Positions 18,890-28,195 of a stretch of 64,000 nt of DNA are shown here, one piece after another (within the stretch, counting starts at the first letter, position 1; the number at the start of each line of letters is the position of its first letter). The DNA comes from a bacterium. GTDB taxonomy: Bacteria; Patescibacteriota; Dojkabacteria; SC72. Below the pieces are notes generated by a model, which saw only the letters and a list, made by a program, of their open reading frames with translations, had not been told where the DNA came from and did not search any database. The DNA lies in contig JAJTYH010000003.1 in the NCBI GenBank assembly GCA_021463465.1, positions 351,942 to 415,941 on the forward strand. The letters run 5' to 3'. Both the position numbers and the translations under genes were made by a program.

Positions 18890-20677
18890 TTAGATTTTGC
18901 CTAATTTCTTAGCAAGCGCTTCTAATTGGGTAAGTTTCTTTGAAATCTCACTTAATCCGTCGCTCCAGAAGCTTGGGTCAGTAATATCAATTCCTAGATC
19001 AGCAAAGATAACCTTTGGTGATTTAGATGAGCCAGCACTCAAAAATAGTTTAACGTCGTTAATGAAGCTTGGGTTAGCCTTAATTTTACTTTGCAATGCT
19101 TTGGAAATAAGCAAACCACTCGCATATGAGTATACGTAAAAAGAGTTTCGGATGTGCGACCAGTAAACCCACCAGTTTTCGTGTCCTGGCTGAAACTTCA
19201 CTGTTGGACCTAGGTATGCTGACATGTGTTTTACGAACATCTCGCCAATCTCTTTTTTACTCAGATATCCTTTGGTTTTGGCCTGTTCGTGGAGTTCAAG
19301 TTCGAAGTTGTAGCATGCTACTTGTCGAAATATAGTTGATACATCGTCTTGGATTTTCTTTAGAAGTAGAGCAAATCGTTCTTCTTCACTACATTGTGCT
19401 AGTAGCTCTTCAGATACGAAGTCTTCAAAAAATGTTGATGCTACTTCAGCTGTTGATAAAGGTGTGTCGGAATTTATCGGGAGTTGTTTTTGTGCGATTA
19501 GCTTAGAGTTGATTCCATGGCCTAACTCGTGAGCCAGGGTCATGGTGTCTTGTAGTTTGTCATTATGATTTAAAAGAATGTAGATAGGAAGGTCAATTCC
19601 TTCGTGAATGCAGAATGCTCCTCCTCGTTTGCCTTTTCTGGGTAACACATCAATTAAGCCTTGAGAATTAAACTCCTCCACAATTTTTCCAAGACTGGGG
19701 TCTAGTTTTGTATATACTTGGTTTACTAACGCTAGCGCATCAGAGAAAGGGAACTTCTTATTTCTGGCCTCATAATCTATTGCCCTCTCGTGATAACCTA
19801 AAGTGTCTTGGTTAACAAGCTTAGCTAAGAGGTTGTAAAATCTAGCTGGGATTTGGAAATTCTTCGTTACAGTACGAATCATAGAGTACACAACATCTTT
19901 GTCGAGGTCATCCGAGAGCAACCTGGCTTGATCTGGCTCCTTAATCCCTCTCACTTTACGTAAGTTCCTTCCGACCTCAAGTATAGAGTTAATTTCGTGT
20001 TCGGAGACATCTACCCACTTATTTAGAATCTGATTTATGGCTTGCCCTGCTTGATTTCTGGTAGATGTGTCTAGACTGTGTGTATCTGACATTAACTGCT
20101 CAAATGTTCGTATTTGCTTTTTTACTACACCTACTTCTTTTGAAACAAATTCTGATATCATTGTGGCCCAGTTGCCAGAACTAGTTTTGCCCATGAGGTT
20201 CACAATATTTTCTTCTTTTTCACTTAGTTGATATTTAGCCAGCTCAAATTTCTTTTCGAGGAAATGTTTGTACTCTTTTAGTTGAGATGAGCGTAGAAAT
20301 TTAGGTTGATTTATTTTTGATATCTTTCCTATGTTCAGACCAAAAAACTGAAGCTTATTAGCTAGTTCTGTCTCTTTCTCATTAATCAGGTTCATCCGAG
20401 CTTTAAGTTTGGCGTTATCTTGCTCAAGAGCAAGTCGTAGGTAAAAGTAGTATAGGGGTTTGGCGAGAATATCAATGCCTTTGGAAATCTCATCAGATTC
20501 GGTTAAAGCTTCAAGCAGGATCCTGGGGTCTACCATGTACCTATTGTTGTTGCGCCATTTTTTTTCAAATGCTAAGACTTTTTTTGTGATTTGGTTGATA
20601 TCTTTCTCTATTTGTGGGTCTTCATCCGAAGTGTAAAGATGATTAAGATTCCAGCTCTGATTTGTTTGAATTTTCAC
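18890..20677 (-). CDS. pepF: M3B oligoendopeptidase F
   Basis: GKRGGAFC, TLAHELGH, AEVASTFFE, HI..SFYVYSYA. Start reassigned to GTG 20677, 6 nt after TATGAT. Confidence 0.9.
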   Translation of the reverse strand: MKIQTNQSWNLNHLYTSDEDPQIEKDINQITKKVLAFEKKWRNNNRYMVDPRILLEALTESDEISKGIDILAKPLYYFYLRLALEQDNAKLKARMNLINEKETELANKLQFFGLNIGKISKINQPKFLRSSQLKEYKHFLEKKFELAKYQLSEKEENIVNLMGKTSSGNWATMISEFVSKEVGVVKKQIRTFEQLMSDTHSLDTSTRNQAGQAINQILNKWVDVSEHEINSILEVGRNLRKVRGIKEPDQARLLSDDLDKDVVYSMIRTVTKNFQIPARFYNLLAKLVNQDTLGYHERAIDYEARNKKFPFSDALALVNQVYTKLDPSLGKIVEEFNSQGLIDVLPRKGKRGGAFCIHEGIDLPIYILLNHNDKLQDTMTLAHELGHGINSKLIAQKQLPINSDTPLSTAEVASTFFEDFVSEELLAQCSEEERFALLLKKIQDDVSTIFRQVACYNFELELHEQAKTKGYLSKKEIGEMFVKHMSAYLGPTVKFQPGHENWWVYWSHIRNSFYVYSYASGLLISKALQSKIKANPSFINDVKLFLSAGSSKSPKVIFADLGIDITDPSFWSDGLSEISKKLTQLEALAKKLGKI

Positions 20678-20749
20678 CTTAAAATCATACATCAGAGGGT
20701 GTTTTCTTACAATATTTCTGGTGGTATAATTGGCGTATATAAACTTGCT

Positions 20750-21304
20750 ATGAGACATATGCGAAAGGCAGATAGTTCTAGGAAGGAGATTGAGTTAAAA
20801 GTGCCCGAAGAGTATATAGGTACCTTGGGGGTTTCAATGTTTGTTATAAATCCTGAAGTTCCTCCAATTGTCATACAGCCAAATCGCTTAAAAGACAATG
20901 TTTTAACTGATAGCGATCTTCAAGAGTATAGTGCAATATTTCGAGGTCTTAAACCAGATGGTTTTTATTCTAAAACAGGTGTTGCTGTTAATATTCACGG
21001 GCTGGATGATTCTTCAGTTACTCGCGTCACCTCTCAAGCTATAAGTGATTTTCAGGAAAGTGGATACGATGTCGAAGTTGTAGATGTCCGTAAAATGAAT
21101 GATATTTCAGAAGGGCAATTAGAGGCTGTTGGAAAATTCACTGATGCAGAAAATAAGGGAAGAATGAAAGCGACTGTTATCCTTAGCGATGGAGAATTAG
21201 GATTCGAGGGCAGTGGGGCTTTTAAACTTAGAAATTCTTGTAAGCAAATACGAGTTAAAGAGTATCATGATGATGATATGGAACGGCTTTTTCATGCGTT
21301 TTAG
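20750..21304 (+). CDS. Hypothetical protein
   Basis: ORF restarted at ATG 20750 to avoid overlap with pepF; TGgTATAAT lies upstream. Confidence 0.6.
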   Translation: MRHMRKADSSRKEIELKVPEEYIGTLGVSMFVINPEVPPIVIQPNRLKDNVLTDSDLQEYSAIFRGLKPDGFYSKTGVAVNIHGLDDSSVTRVTSQAISDFQESGYDVEVVDVRKMNDISEGQLEAVGKFTDAENKGRMKATVILSDGELGFEGSGAFKLRNSCKQIRVKEYHDDDMERLFHAF

Positions 21305-21315
21305 AGAAATTTACA

Positions 21316-22278
21316 ATGAACGAGCAAAGGTTACTTGAGGCCGCAGTTATTGCATCAGTTGTCCCATCGTACTGGACAGGTTGGTCGGTGGATGAGATTA
21401 GAAAGATAATTCATGGCGATATTGCACCAGATGGAGGGCATAGCGGTATTGAATATTTCCATGATGAAGGACATTTGGCTGCAAAGGGAATTTCAGGTTA
21501 TATGCCTATTGGAGGCTCAAGGATTTATCCAGAAGTTGCTGCAATTTTAAGATTGTACGCAGATCGAGAGATGCCTGAGTTAATTAGAGGAGCCGAATCT
21601 GTGGTTGAATTCGTTAAACGAAAGTTTATGAGGGACATGTCTATTGCCAGGTTCTCTCCTGCATTTAGTGGTCACAGCTACAACACACGAGACCCTTGGT
21701 TTGTTGATATTTATAACCTCTTGATGTGTAAGCCTGAGGTGGATACTGGTGAGAAATCCATTGTAACAGATTTTCTTGAAGGTTACTTTGCCTATATGAA
21801 GTTGCAAGGGGCTCATTATCCGTATAACTCAGAAATAAAAAATTATGCATTAGTACGCTGTCTAATGAATAGGTATGGTAGTAAAGTAAGGGTTTTGGGT
21901 AAAGATCGTTTAGATCGTCCAATTAAGGTAAGAATTGGGAATGGTAAAGCCTTTAATGTTGTTGAAAAAGATGTTAACTATCTTGAGACAGCTTTTTATG
22001 GGGCAGTTTTTTTAGCAGGGTATTTGGGAGGTGATAACTCCTCAGAGCTGGAGAATCTAACTGAGGAGAAACAAAGGTTTGCGTTTGAATTAGGTTTGAA
22101 GTTGACGGAGATGATGGCAGATAACTATAGAGGGAATGAGCGACAAAGGAGACCTGATATTTATGCTTTAGGAAAGTATATTCGAGAGCGTTTATCGAGG
22201 AGCTCTGGGTATGAAGTTGATTGGAATGGTATGAATAGATATGCCCGTATTCACATGAACTTGTTAGAGAACAAGTAA
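21316..22278 (+). CDS. Hypothetical protein
   Basis: 320-aa ORF 11 nt after the previous gene; no motif recognised. Confidence 0.65.
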   Translation: MNEQRLLEAAVIASVVPSYWTGWSVDEIRKIIHGDIAPDGGHSGIEYFHDEGHLAAKGISGYMPIGGSRIYPEVAAILRLYADREMPELIRGAESVVEFVKRKFMRDMSIARFSPAFSGHSYNTRDPWFVDIYNLLMCKPEVDTGEKSIVTDFLEGYFAYMKLQGAHYPYNSEIKNYALVRCLMNRYGSKVRVLGKDRLDRPIKVRIGNGKAFNVVEKDVNYLETAFYGAVFLAGYLGGDNSSELENLTEEKQRFAFELGLKLTEMMADNYRGNERQRRPDIYALGKYIRERLSRSSGYEVDWNGMNRYARIHMNLLENK

Positions 22279-22320
22279 CATTAGATTTAATTACATCGTA
22301 GTGGTGTGATATAATGTCTG

Positions 22321-22540
22321 GCAATACTTTGACCCAGCTATCACTGGTGAGTATCAGGAAGAAATCTAAAAGAGAGTAAAACCTGACGGAGAGCTTCCGA
22401 AACCACAAGCGAAAACCATACAAATGTGTGGTTAAGTGAAAAGTGAGGGTGGTACCGTGTACTACTTCAATGAATTTGAAATTACACCCCTCCATACTGT
22501 ATAGATTTAGTATCTATGCAATACGGAGGGGTTTTGTTTT
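22321..22540 (+). promoter_or_regulatory. ileS T-box riboswitch with ultrashort stem I and intrinsic terminator
   Basis: Stem I CCAG-ctATCa-CTGG (specifier ATC at 22340-22342); stem II TCAGG-AAGAA...AGTAAAA-CCTGA; stem IIA CGGA..TCCG; T-box AAGTGAGGGTGGTACCGTG at 22441-22459; terminator 22486-22540. Confidence 0.92.
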
Positions 22541-22558
22541 AACTTTACAATTACAAAT

Positions 22559-25438
22559 ATGTCCAAATTACAAAATGTAGATCCAAAGCATGATTTTGTA
22601 GCTATGGAAAATCGTCTACTTAAATGGTGGGAGGAGCAAGGGATACTGACTCAGTACATGGAAAAGAATCGAAAATCGAAAAAGAAGTTCGGTTTTATTG
22701 ATGGACCAATCACCGCTAATAATGAGATGGGACTTCACCACGCTTGGGGTAGAACCTACAAAGACTTAGTAAGTCGTTATAAAAACATGCAGGGCTTCGA
22801 GCAGCGTTTCCAGATGGGTTTTGACTGTCAGGGACTTTGGGTTGAGGTAGAAGTTGAGAAAGCACTTGGGTTTAACAGTAAGAAAGACATTTTCGATTAC
22901 GGTATGGATAAGTTTGTGAATGCTTGTAAAGACAGAGTATACAAATATTCAAAAATACAGACAGACCAATCAGTTAGATTGGGAATGTTCATGGATTGGG
23001 AGAACTCATACTACACAATGTCAGAGGAAAACAATCTTTACATCTGGAACTTCTTAAAGGTATGTCAACAAAAAGGATTGTTGTATAAGAGCCACTCATC
23101 GACCACTTGGTGTCCACGTTGTGAGACAGGTTTGTCTGAGCATGAAAAAGCTGATGGATACGCTGATATTGTTGATACTTCGGTCTACGTGAAATTCAAG
23201 GTAAAAGGTAAGGAGAATGAGTACCTTTTAGCTTGGACTACCACACCTTGGACTCTATCAGCAAATGTGTTGTTAGCTGTACATCCTGAACTTGAGTATG
23301 TCAAAGCCAAAGATGGAAATAGTACATACTATCTTGCGGCTAAACCTGCGGGAAAATTAGGTTTTAAAGATGTAGAGAGTGTAGATGTCAAAACCTTGGT
23401 TGGTATGAAATTTGAATCCCTTTATGATATCCCAGCACAGGAAGGCGTTGACCACTATGTAGTTGAGTGGGATTTAGTATCTGAGAATGATGGGTCAGGA
23501 ATTGTTCATATCGCACCAGGGTGTGGTCAGGAAGATTATGAGTTGGGTATGGAATTAAAAGTCCCTGCATTGTCACCGTTGGATGAAACTGGTCACTATA
23601 TGAATGGGTATGGTGATTTAACAGGTAAGTACGCCCATGACGTGAAAGATGAAGTCATATCCTATCTTAAGTCCGAAGGTTTATTGTTTAAGACCGAGGA
23701 TTACAAGCATACCTACCCTCACTGTTGGAGGTGCAAGACAAAGTGTTTGTTCCGGTTAGAAAACAATTGGTTTATTAATATTAGTAAGATAAGAGAAGAT
23801 TTAAAGAAAGCCGCTAATGAAGCTAAATGGACCCCAGAATTTGGAGGAAAACGAATGCAAGATTGGCTGAGGAATATGGGTGATTGGATGATAAGTAGAA
23901 AGCGTTTTTACGGCCTTGCCCTTCCATTTTATGAGTGTGAATGCGGTGAGGTTACAGTAGTTAGCGGTAAGGAAGAATTGAAGCAATTAGCAACAGATCC
24001 AGGAAAGGTTGATAAGTTGGAAAGCATACATCGACCTTGGATTGATGAGGTCACTATCAAATGCCCGAAGTGCAGCAAAGAAGTTAAGCGTGTTGCAGAT
24101 GTAGGTGACTGTTGGCTAGATGCCGGAGTGGTCCCATTTTCGACCTTAAAGTATCTTGAAGATAAGAAATATTGGAAGAAATGGTTCCCAGGCGATTTCA
24201 TAACTGAAATGGTTGAGCAGGTACGTTTATGGTTCTACTCAATGTTGGTTTTTGGTGTAGTTATGGAAGATAAGGTTCCTTATAGAGTGGTGGTAACCTA
24301 CGCTGAAATGAGGGATGAGAATAACAATAAAATGAGCAAGACAAAGAAGAACTATGTGCCGTTTAATGAAGCTGCGGACAAGGTTGGGGCAGATTTAATC
24401 CGTTGGAACTTCTGTCTTTCACCGTTTGGTAAGAATGTAAGATTTGGTTGGAATGTAGTTGAAGATGCTAGGCGTCAATTCTTATTGCCATTCTGGAACA
24501 GCTATTCATATTTTGTGACTTATGCAAATATGCACAGTTGGAAGTTTGATCCTAAATTTGATGCTAGCAAACTGACGAATATAATGGATCGATGGATTGT
24601 AGCCAGATTAGGTAAACTAGTAGAAGAAGTCACCAATGACATGGACCAATACAGTTTCTACGGTAGCGCAAATAAGATGCAAGCGTTTGTTGTGGACCTT
24701 TCCACTTGGTATATTCGACGTAGTCGAGATCGATTTAAAGTAGGCAATAAGGATGCCCTTAATACTCTCTATTTTGTTCTTGTAGAGCTTAACAAGATGC
24801 TTGCGCCTTTTGTTCCATTTGTGACCGAGGAGATGTATCAAAATCTAGTGGTCAATGGTGGAAATAAGGATGCTAAGATGTCTGTACATTTGGAAAGTTT
24901 TCCTGAGGTAAAGGAAGTTGATGAGAAGGTGCTTGAAGATATGGAGGTGGCAAGGGGAGTGGCATCACTTGGTCTTAAGGTTCGAGATGAGAAGCGATTA
25001 AAATTACGACAACCTTTGGCTAAAGCTTATGTTAATCTTAATTCAGAAGAGCTTAAAGAACTTGTAAGATTGGAGCTGAATGTGAAAGAAGTGGAGAGTA
25101 GCGAGAAAGCTCAGCAAGGAGAAGGAATGGTGATGATGGAAGGCAATGGATACTTTGTCACTCTGGATACTAATTTGACTGAAGAGCTAAAACAGGAGGG
25201 TTTGTACCGTGAATTGGTAAGGCAACTACAGGATTTGAGAAAACGTAATGGATTACAGGTAGGACAGCAGGTAGCAGCATTAATGTACAGTGAAAGTAAG
25301 GAAGTCGAGAATTTGGTAGGTAAATTTGATTCAGAATTAAGGCAGGATGTAAGCCTTTCTGATATAAAATTTGCCAAAAACGATGGTGAAAGTGTAAACT
25401 TTGACTCGTTTGATGTTAATGTTACTTTTGAAAAATAA
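22559..25438 (+). CDS. ileS: Isoleucyl-tRNA synthetase type 2 with GLHH signature
   Basis: DGPITAN..MGLHHAWGR, GFDCQGL, AWTTTPWTL, GIVHIAP, WMISRKR, KMSKT, WYIRRSR. Confidence 0.97.
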   Translation: MSKLQNVDPKHDFVAMENRLLKWWEEQGILTQYMEKNRKSKKKFGFIDGPITANNEMGLHHAWGRTYKDLVSRYKNMQGFEQRFQMGFDCQGLWVEVEVEKALGFNSKKDIFDYGMDKFVNACKDRVYKYSKIQTDQSVRLGMFMDWENSYYTMSEENNLYIWNFLKVCQQKGLLYKSHSSTTWCPRCETGLSEHEKADGYADIVDTSVYVKFKVKGKENEYLLAWTTTPWTLSANVLLAVHPELEYVKAKDGNSTYYLAAKPAGKLGFKDVESVDVKTLVGMKFESLYDIPAQEGVDHYVVEWDLVSENDGSGIVHIAPGCGQEDYELGMELKVPALSPLDETGHYMNGYGDLTGKYAHDVKDEVISYLKSEGLLFKTEDYKHTYPHCWRCKTKCLFRLENNWFINISKIREDLKKAANEAKWTPEFGGKRMQDWLRNMGDWMISRKRFYGLALPFYECECGEVTVVSGKEELKQLATDPGKVDKLESIHRPWIDEVTIKCPKCSKEVKRVADVGDCWLDAGVVPFSTLKYLEDKKYWKKWFPGDFITEMVEQVRLWFYSMLVFGVVMEDKVPYRVVVTYAEMRDENNNKMSKTKKNYVPFNEAADKVGADLIRWNFCLSPFGKNVRFGWNVVEDARRQFLLPFWNSYSYFVTYANMHSWKFDPKFDASKLTNIMDRWIVARLGKLVEEVTNDMDQYSFYGSANKMQAFVVDLSTWYIRRSRDRFKVGNKDALNTLYFVLVELNKMLAPFVPFVTEEMYQNLVVNGGNKDAKMSVHLESFPEVKEVDEKVLEDMEVARGVASLGLKVRDEKRLKLRQPLAKAYVNLNSEELKELVRLELNVKEVESSEKAQQGEGMVMMEGNGYFVTLDTNLTEELKQEGLYRELVRQLQDLRKRNGLQVGQQVAALMYSESKEVENLVGKFDSELRQDVSLSDIKFAKNDGESVNFDSFDVNVTFEK

Positions 25439-25684
25439 ATGCTTCGAGGTCTAGTACAACTTAGTAAATCACAGGTATTACAGCTTTTTGCCAGCCTAAA
25501 TCAATCTCTTCTTGGTGATACCCCACTGTGGGCAAAGATGCAGGCTGCTGTTAGTCAGACAAATGATTTAGTATCGGTTGAATTATCAGAAGACGAAATT
25601 GAAACCCTTTTGGATCAACTTGATGCTAGTTACAATGATGTGAGGCAAGTATTAAGTGACGCAGTGCTTAGCTGGCGGTCTTGA
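25439..25684 (+). CDS. Small hypothetical protein
   Basis: 81-aa ORF abutting the ileS stop codon. Confidence 0.6.
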   Translation: MLRGLVQLSKSQVLQLFASLNQSLLGDTPLWAKMQAAVSQTNDLVSVELSEDEIETLLDQLDASYNDVRQVLSDAVLSWRS

Positions 25685-26210
25685 TACCCATTAGACTTTG
25701 AACGTCAAGAAGCGCTTTCGAAAAATCAATTCCTGCGGATACAGCTAGTTCACCAGCAATCTGTTCAATTGCATTTTTTTGACTCTTTTCTATGCTGCTA
25801 GGAACAAGTCTTCCATCTTTTTCTCTCTCGCGTTTAACGAAATTACAATACTGAATGATTTCAAGGAAGGCTTCAATTCCTCCCAAACCTTCTAAATCAC
25901 GAATGATATTTGAAAGAGAGTTGAAGTCTGTGAACTTTGGTTTTTTAATCTTGTTTTTCTTTAAGGCTGATACCGTCTTCTTGATAACCTGAGGCTTTAT
26001 CACTTCACGAATAGAAAGCATATCGACATTTTCAATAGGAACTGAGACTGTAAGAGGATTATTAACAAATTCAAACTCGAAATACTGCTTCTTAACTCCG
26101 CCAAATTCTATCTCTTTTTGAGCTTTAACCCAGCCAGCGCCATGCGAAGGATAAAAAATCTTTGAGTTGATTTTTAATGTGATAGATTTTGAGGAGGGAT
26201 TGTTCTTTAT
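25668..26210 (-). CDS. carD: CarD-family transcription factor, apparent non-canonical ATA start
   Basis: The frame stays open 63 codons upstream of the called ORF: IKNNPSSKSITLKINSKIFYPSHGAGWVKAQKEIEFGGVKKQYFEFEFVNNPLTVSVPIENVDMLSIREVI, matching the CarD RNAP-interaction domain (YP.HG.G...VP....lR). Confidence 0.8.
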   Translation of the reverse strand: MKNNPSSKSITLKINSKIFYPSHGAGWVKAQKEIEFGGVKKQYFEFEFVNNPLTVSVPIENVDMLSIREVIKPQVIKKTVSALKKNKIKKPKFTDFNSLSNIIRDLEGLGGIEAFLEIIQYCNFVKREREKDGRLVPSSIEKSQKNAIEQIAGELAVSAGIDFSKALLDVQSLMGIKTAS

Positions 26211-26315
26211 ACTTTAATTATAACATAATTACCTGCATTAAGATATCGTGTAAAAGGGTTGTAGGGTGAGCTATATAGGTTTAGAATTAAAAAGAAATTC
26301 TTAATATTTATCCTT

Positions 26316-26972
26316 TTGAAAATGTTACCAAAAAGTATTCCTGGAGTAGATAAAACCTTAGTTATGATTGATTATGCAAACCTTAGAAGTTCAGCAAGGT
26401 TTTTGGGTAAATCAACTAATCTACGGATTTTGTACGAGTATTTGAAAGCGTTGAGCTATGTTGAAAATATTTCAATTTATTACGGCACTGATCCAGAAAA
26501 TCCTAAATCTGCTGGATTTATATCGTGGCTAAGAAAAGAAGGCTTTATTGTTGTCACAAAAGACGTGAAATACATCAAGGTAAAGCTCTCTGAATTACTG
26601 AAAAGTAAGAATAATCAGGCTATGTTAGAGGCTATGGAAGGTAAGTTTGCAAAACAGATCCTGAATAAAGCTGAGGAATTAGAGTCAAAAGGGCATTTCA
26701 TTAGGTCTCCGAAATGTAATATGGATGTTGAAATGGCAATTGATATGTATAAATCTTTTGATAAATATGATGGTTATATCCTATTTACTGGAGATGGCGA
26801 TTTTAGCTATGCCGCTCAACTCGCTCGATCTGAAGGTAAAAAGATTATCACAGTTTCCTTGAGAAAGTATTTGGCGGGTGAGTTATTTAAGAGTAGTGAT
26901 ATTTTTGTGAATTTGGATGGGTTTCTAAAACTAGAAGGTTTTCTTTATGATCAAGAAACCCAAGGTGAGTAA
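26316..26972 (+). CDS. NYN-domain (LabA/DUF88, PIN-like) putative ribonuclease
   Basis: IDYANL, KCNMDVEMAID, LFTGDGDF, EL...SD.FVN. Confidence 0.9.
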   Translation: MKMLPKSIPGVDKTLVMIDYANLRSSARFLGKSTNLRILYEYLKALSYVENISIYYGTDPENPKSAGFISWLRKEGFIVVTKDVKYIKVKLSELLKSKNNQAMLEAMEGKFAKQILNKAEELESKGHFIRSPKCNMDVEMAIDMYKSFDKYDGYILFTGDGDFSYAAQLARSEGKKIITVSLRKYLAGELFKSSDIFVNLDGFLKLEGFLYDQETQGE

Positions 26973-27012
26973 AAAACAAGAACCCCCCGTTAGGAGAGTT
27001 CTTGAAGAAATA
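26971..27012 (-). ncRNA. Candidate ~40-nt hairpin RNA/terminator convergent on the NYN gene
   Basis: Minus strand CAAGAAC-TCTCC-taac-GGGGG-GTTCTTG then T-run; two G-U pairs form only on the minus strand. Confidence 0.5.
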
Positions 27013-27018
27013 TACAAA

Positions 27019-27047
27019 ATTATACTTCTGTGTCCCCATTGTGTCAA
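27019..27047 (-). promoter_or_regulatory. Perfect-consensus sigma70 promoter
   Basis: TTGACA (27047-27042), 17-nt spacer, TATAAT (27024-27019). Confidence 0.8.
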
Positions 27048-27106
27048 GTTCGTTTAGCTAAGAAAAGCCTGTAAATAAGGATAAACTAGTGAAAGGATAG
27101 AGTAGA

Positions 27107-28195
27107 TTACTTATCCCACTTGAACATTCTGGATGTGACTACGTATACCACTATTGCCCAAATGAGAAGTACAAGTAAGTGAGTCCCTACTTCACTGAAA
27201 CTTGCCCCTTCGAAGGCAATCTTTCTCATAGCTTCATTGAGATGTGTGAGAGGCATTAGGTGACCAATTGGTTGTAACCAGGTTGGGAATACATCTACTG
27301 GAAAGAAAACTCCACCAAGAAGAAATTGGGGAAGTGTAAATAGGTTGGCGATTGGTGCGACCGAATTTTCATCTCTGGATATGCTTGAAATCATTAAACC
27401 CATTCCCAAGAATACGATTAATCCAGCCATTGCAATAATTATCATTTCTATTGCTGTCCAGACACCGTGCACCAGTGTGAAATCAAAGAAGAAGTAGCCT
27501 ATCGCAATTATTAGTATAGCTTGGAATGTTGAGAAGATAAGTCGTGATAATCCTTCGGCCAGAAGGATGTTAATTCTTTTGATAGGGGTTGCAAAGAAAC
27601 GTTTCAATACTAAAGTTTCTTTGAGGGATAGTAACACGAAGGCACTCCCGAAAATTCCTGAGTTTAGTAGTGCGAAACCTAGCTGTCCTGGGAGTATGAA
27701 ATCAATTTGTTTGTACTCTCTACCTGCAATTGACGTGGTTTGTAATGTTGCACTTTCTGTTATTTCATTTGTGGCCAGGTTTACATCTGTTACCAGACTT
27801 TTGAGAATTGAGGTGACGATTGAACCATTAGTCACGGAAGCTTCAGATGTAGTGAGGTCTATTTCAGATTTGCCATTAGTTTGTGTGATTTTCACTATCG
27901 CATCTATCTGTCCACTCTCCAAAGCTTCGTATGCCTCGTTATAGTTTTCGTAATCAACTTGTTTAAGTGGTTTGATTTGTTCGAATAGAGAATAAATGGG
28001 TGCGGATTTATTGGTTGAAGAATCTAGATAGATATCATAGGTACTTCCTCCGTTGCCAAGTAGTCCGAAAATGGCGATGAAGATAACTGGAAATATAATG
28101 CTGAATACCACTGCAGAAGGGTTGTGGATTAATGAGATAAGACTGGCTTTAGTGATTGCAAGCATAGCTTTTATTTGGCTGTACCTTTTACTCAT
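27107..28195 (-). CDS. ABC-2 type exporter permease
   Basis: DFILPGQL, LKRFFATP, GGVFFP...P.WLQ...PLT...AMR. Confidence 0.9.
   Translation of the reverse strand: MSKRYSQIKAMLAITKASLISLIHNPSAVVFSIIFPVIFIAIFGLLGNGGSTYDIYLDSSTNKSAPIYSLFEQIKPLKQVDYENYNEAYEALESGQIDAIVKITQTNGKSEIDLTTSEASVTNGSIVTSILKSLVTDVNLATNEITESATLQTTSIAGREYKQIDFILPGQLGFALLNSGIFGSAFVLLSLKETLVLKRFFATPIKRINILLAEGLSRLIFSTFQAILIIAIGYFFFDFTLVHGVWTAIEMIIIAMAGLIVFLGMGLMISSISRDENSVAPIANLFTLPQFLLGGVFFPVDVFPTWLQPIGHLMPLTHLNEAMRKIAFEGASFSEVGTHLLVLLIWAIVVYVVTSRMFKWDK

Noticed and set aside
20591-20758. Apparent head-to-head overlap of pepF and the next gene
   Set aside because: Disappears when starts GTG 20677 and ATG 20750 are used.
21580-22495. 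Minus-strand ORFs of 78, 85 and 173 aa
   Set aside because: Antisense to the 320-aa gene and the ileS T-box; no protein-like features.
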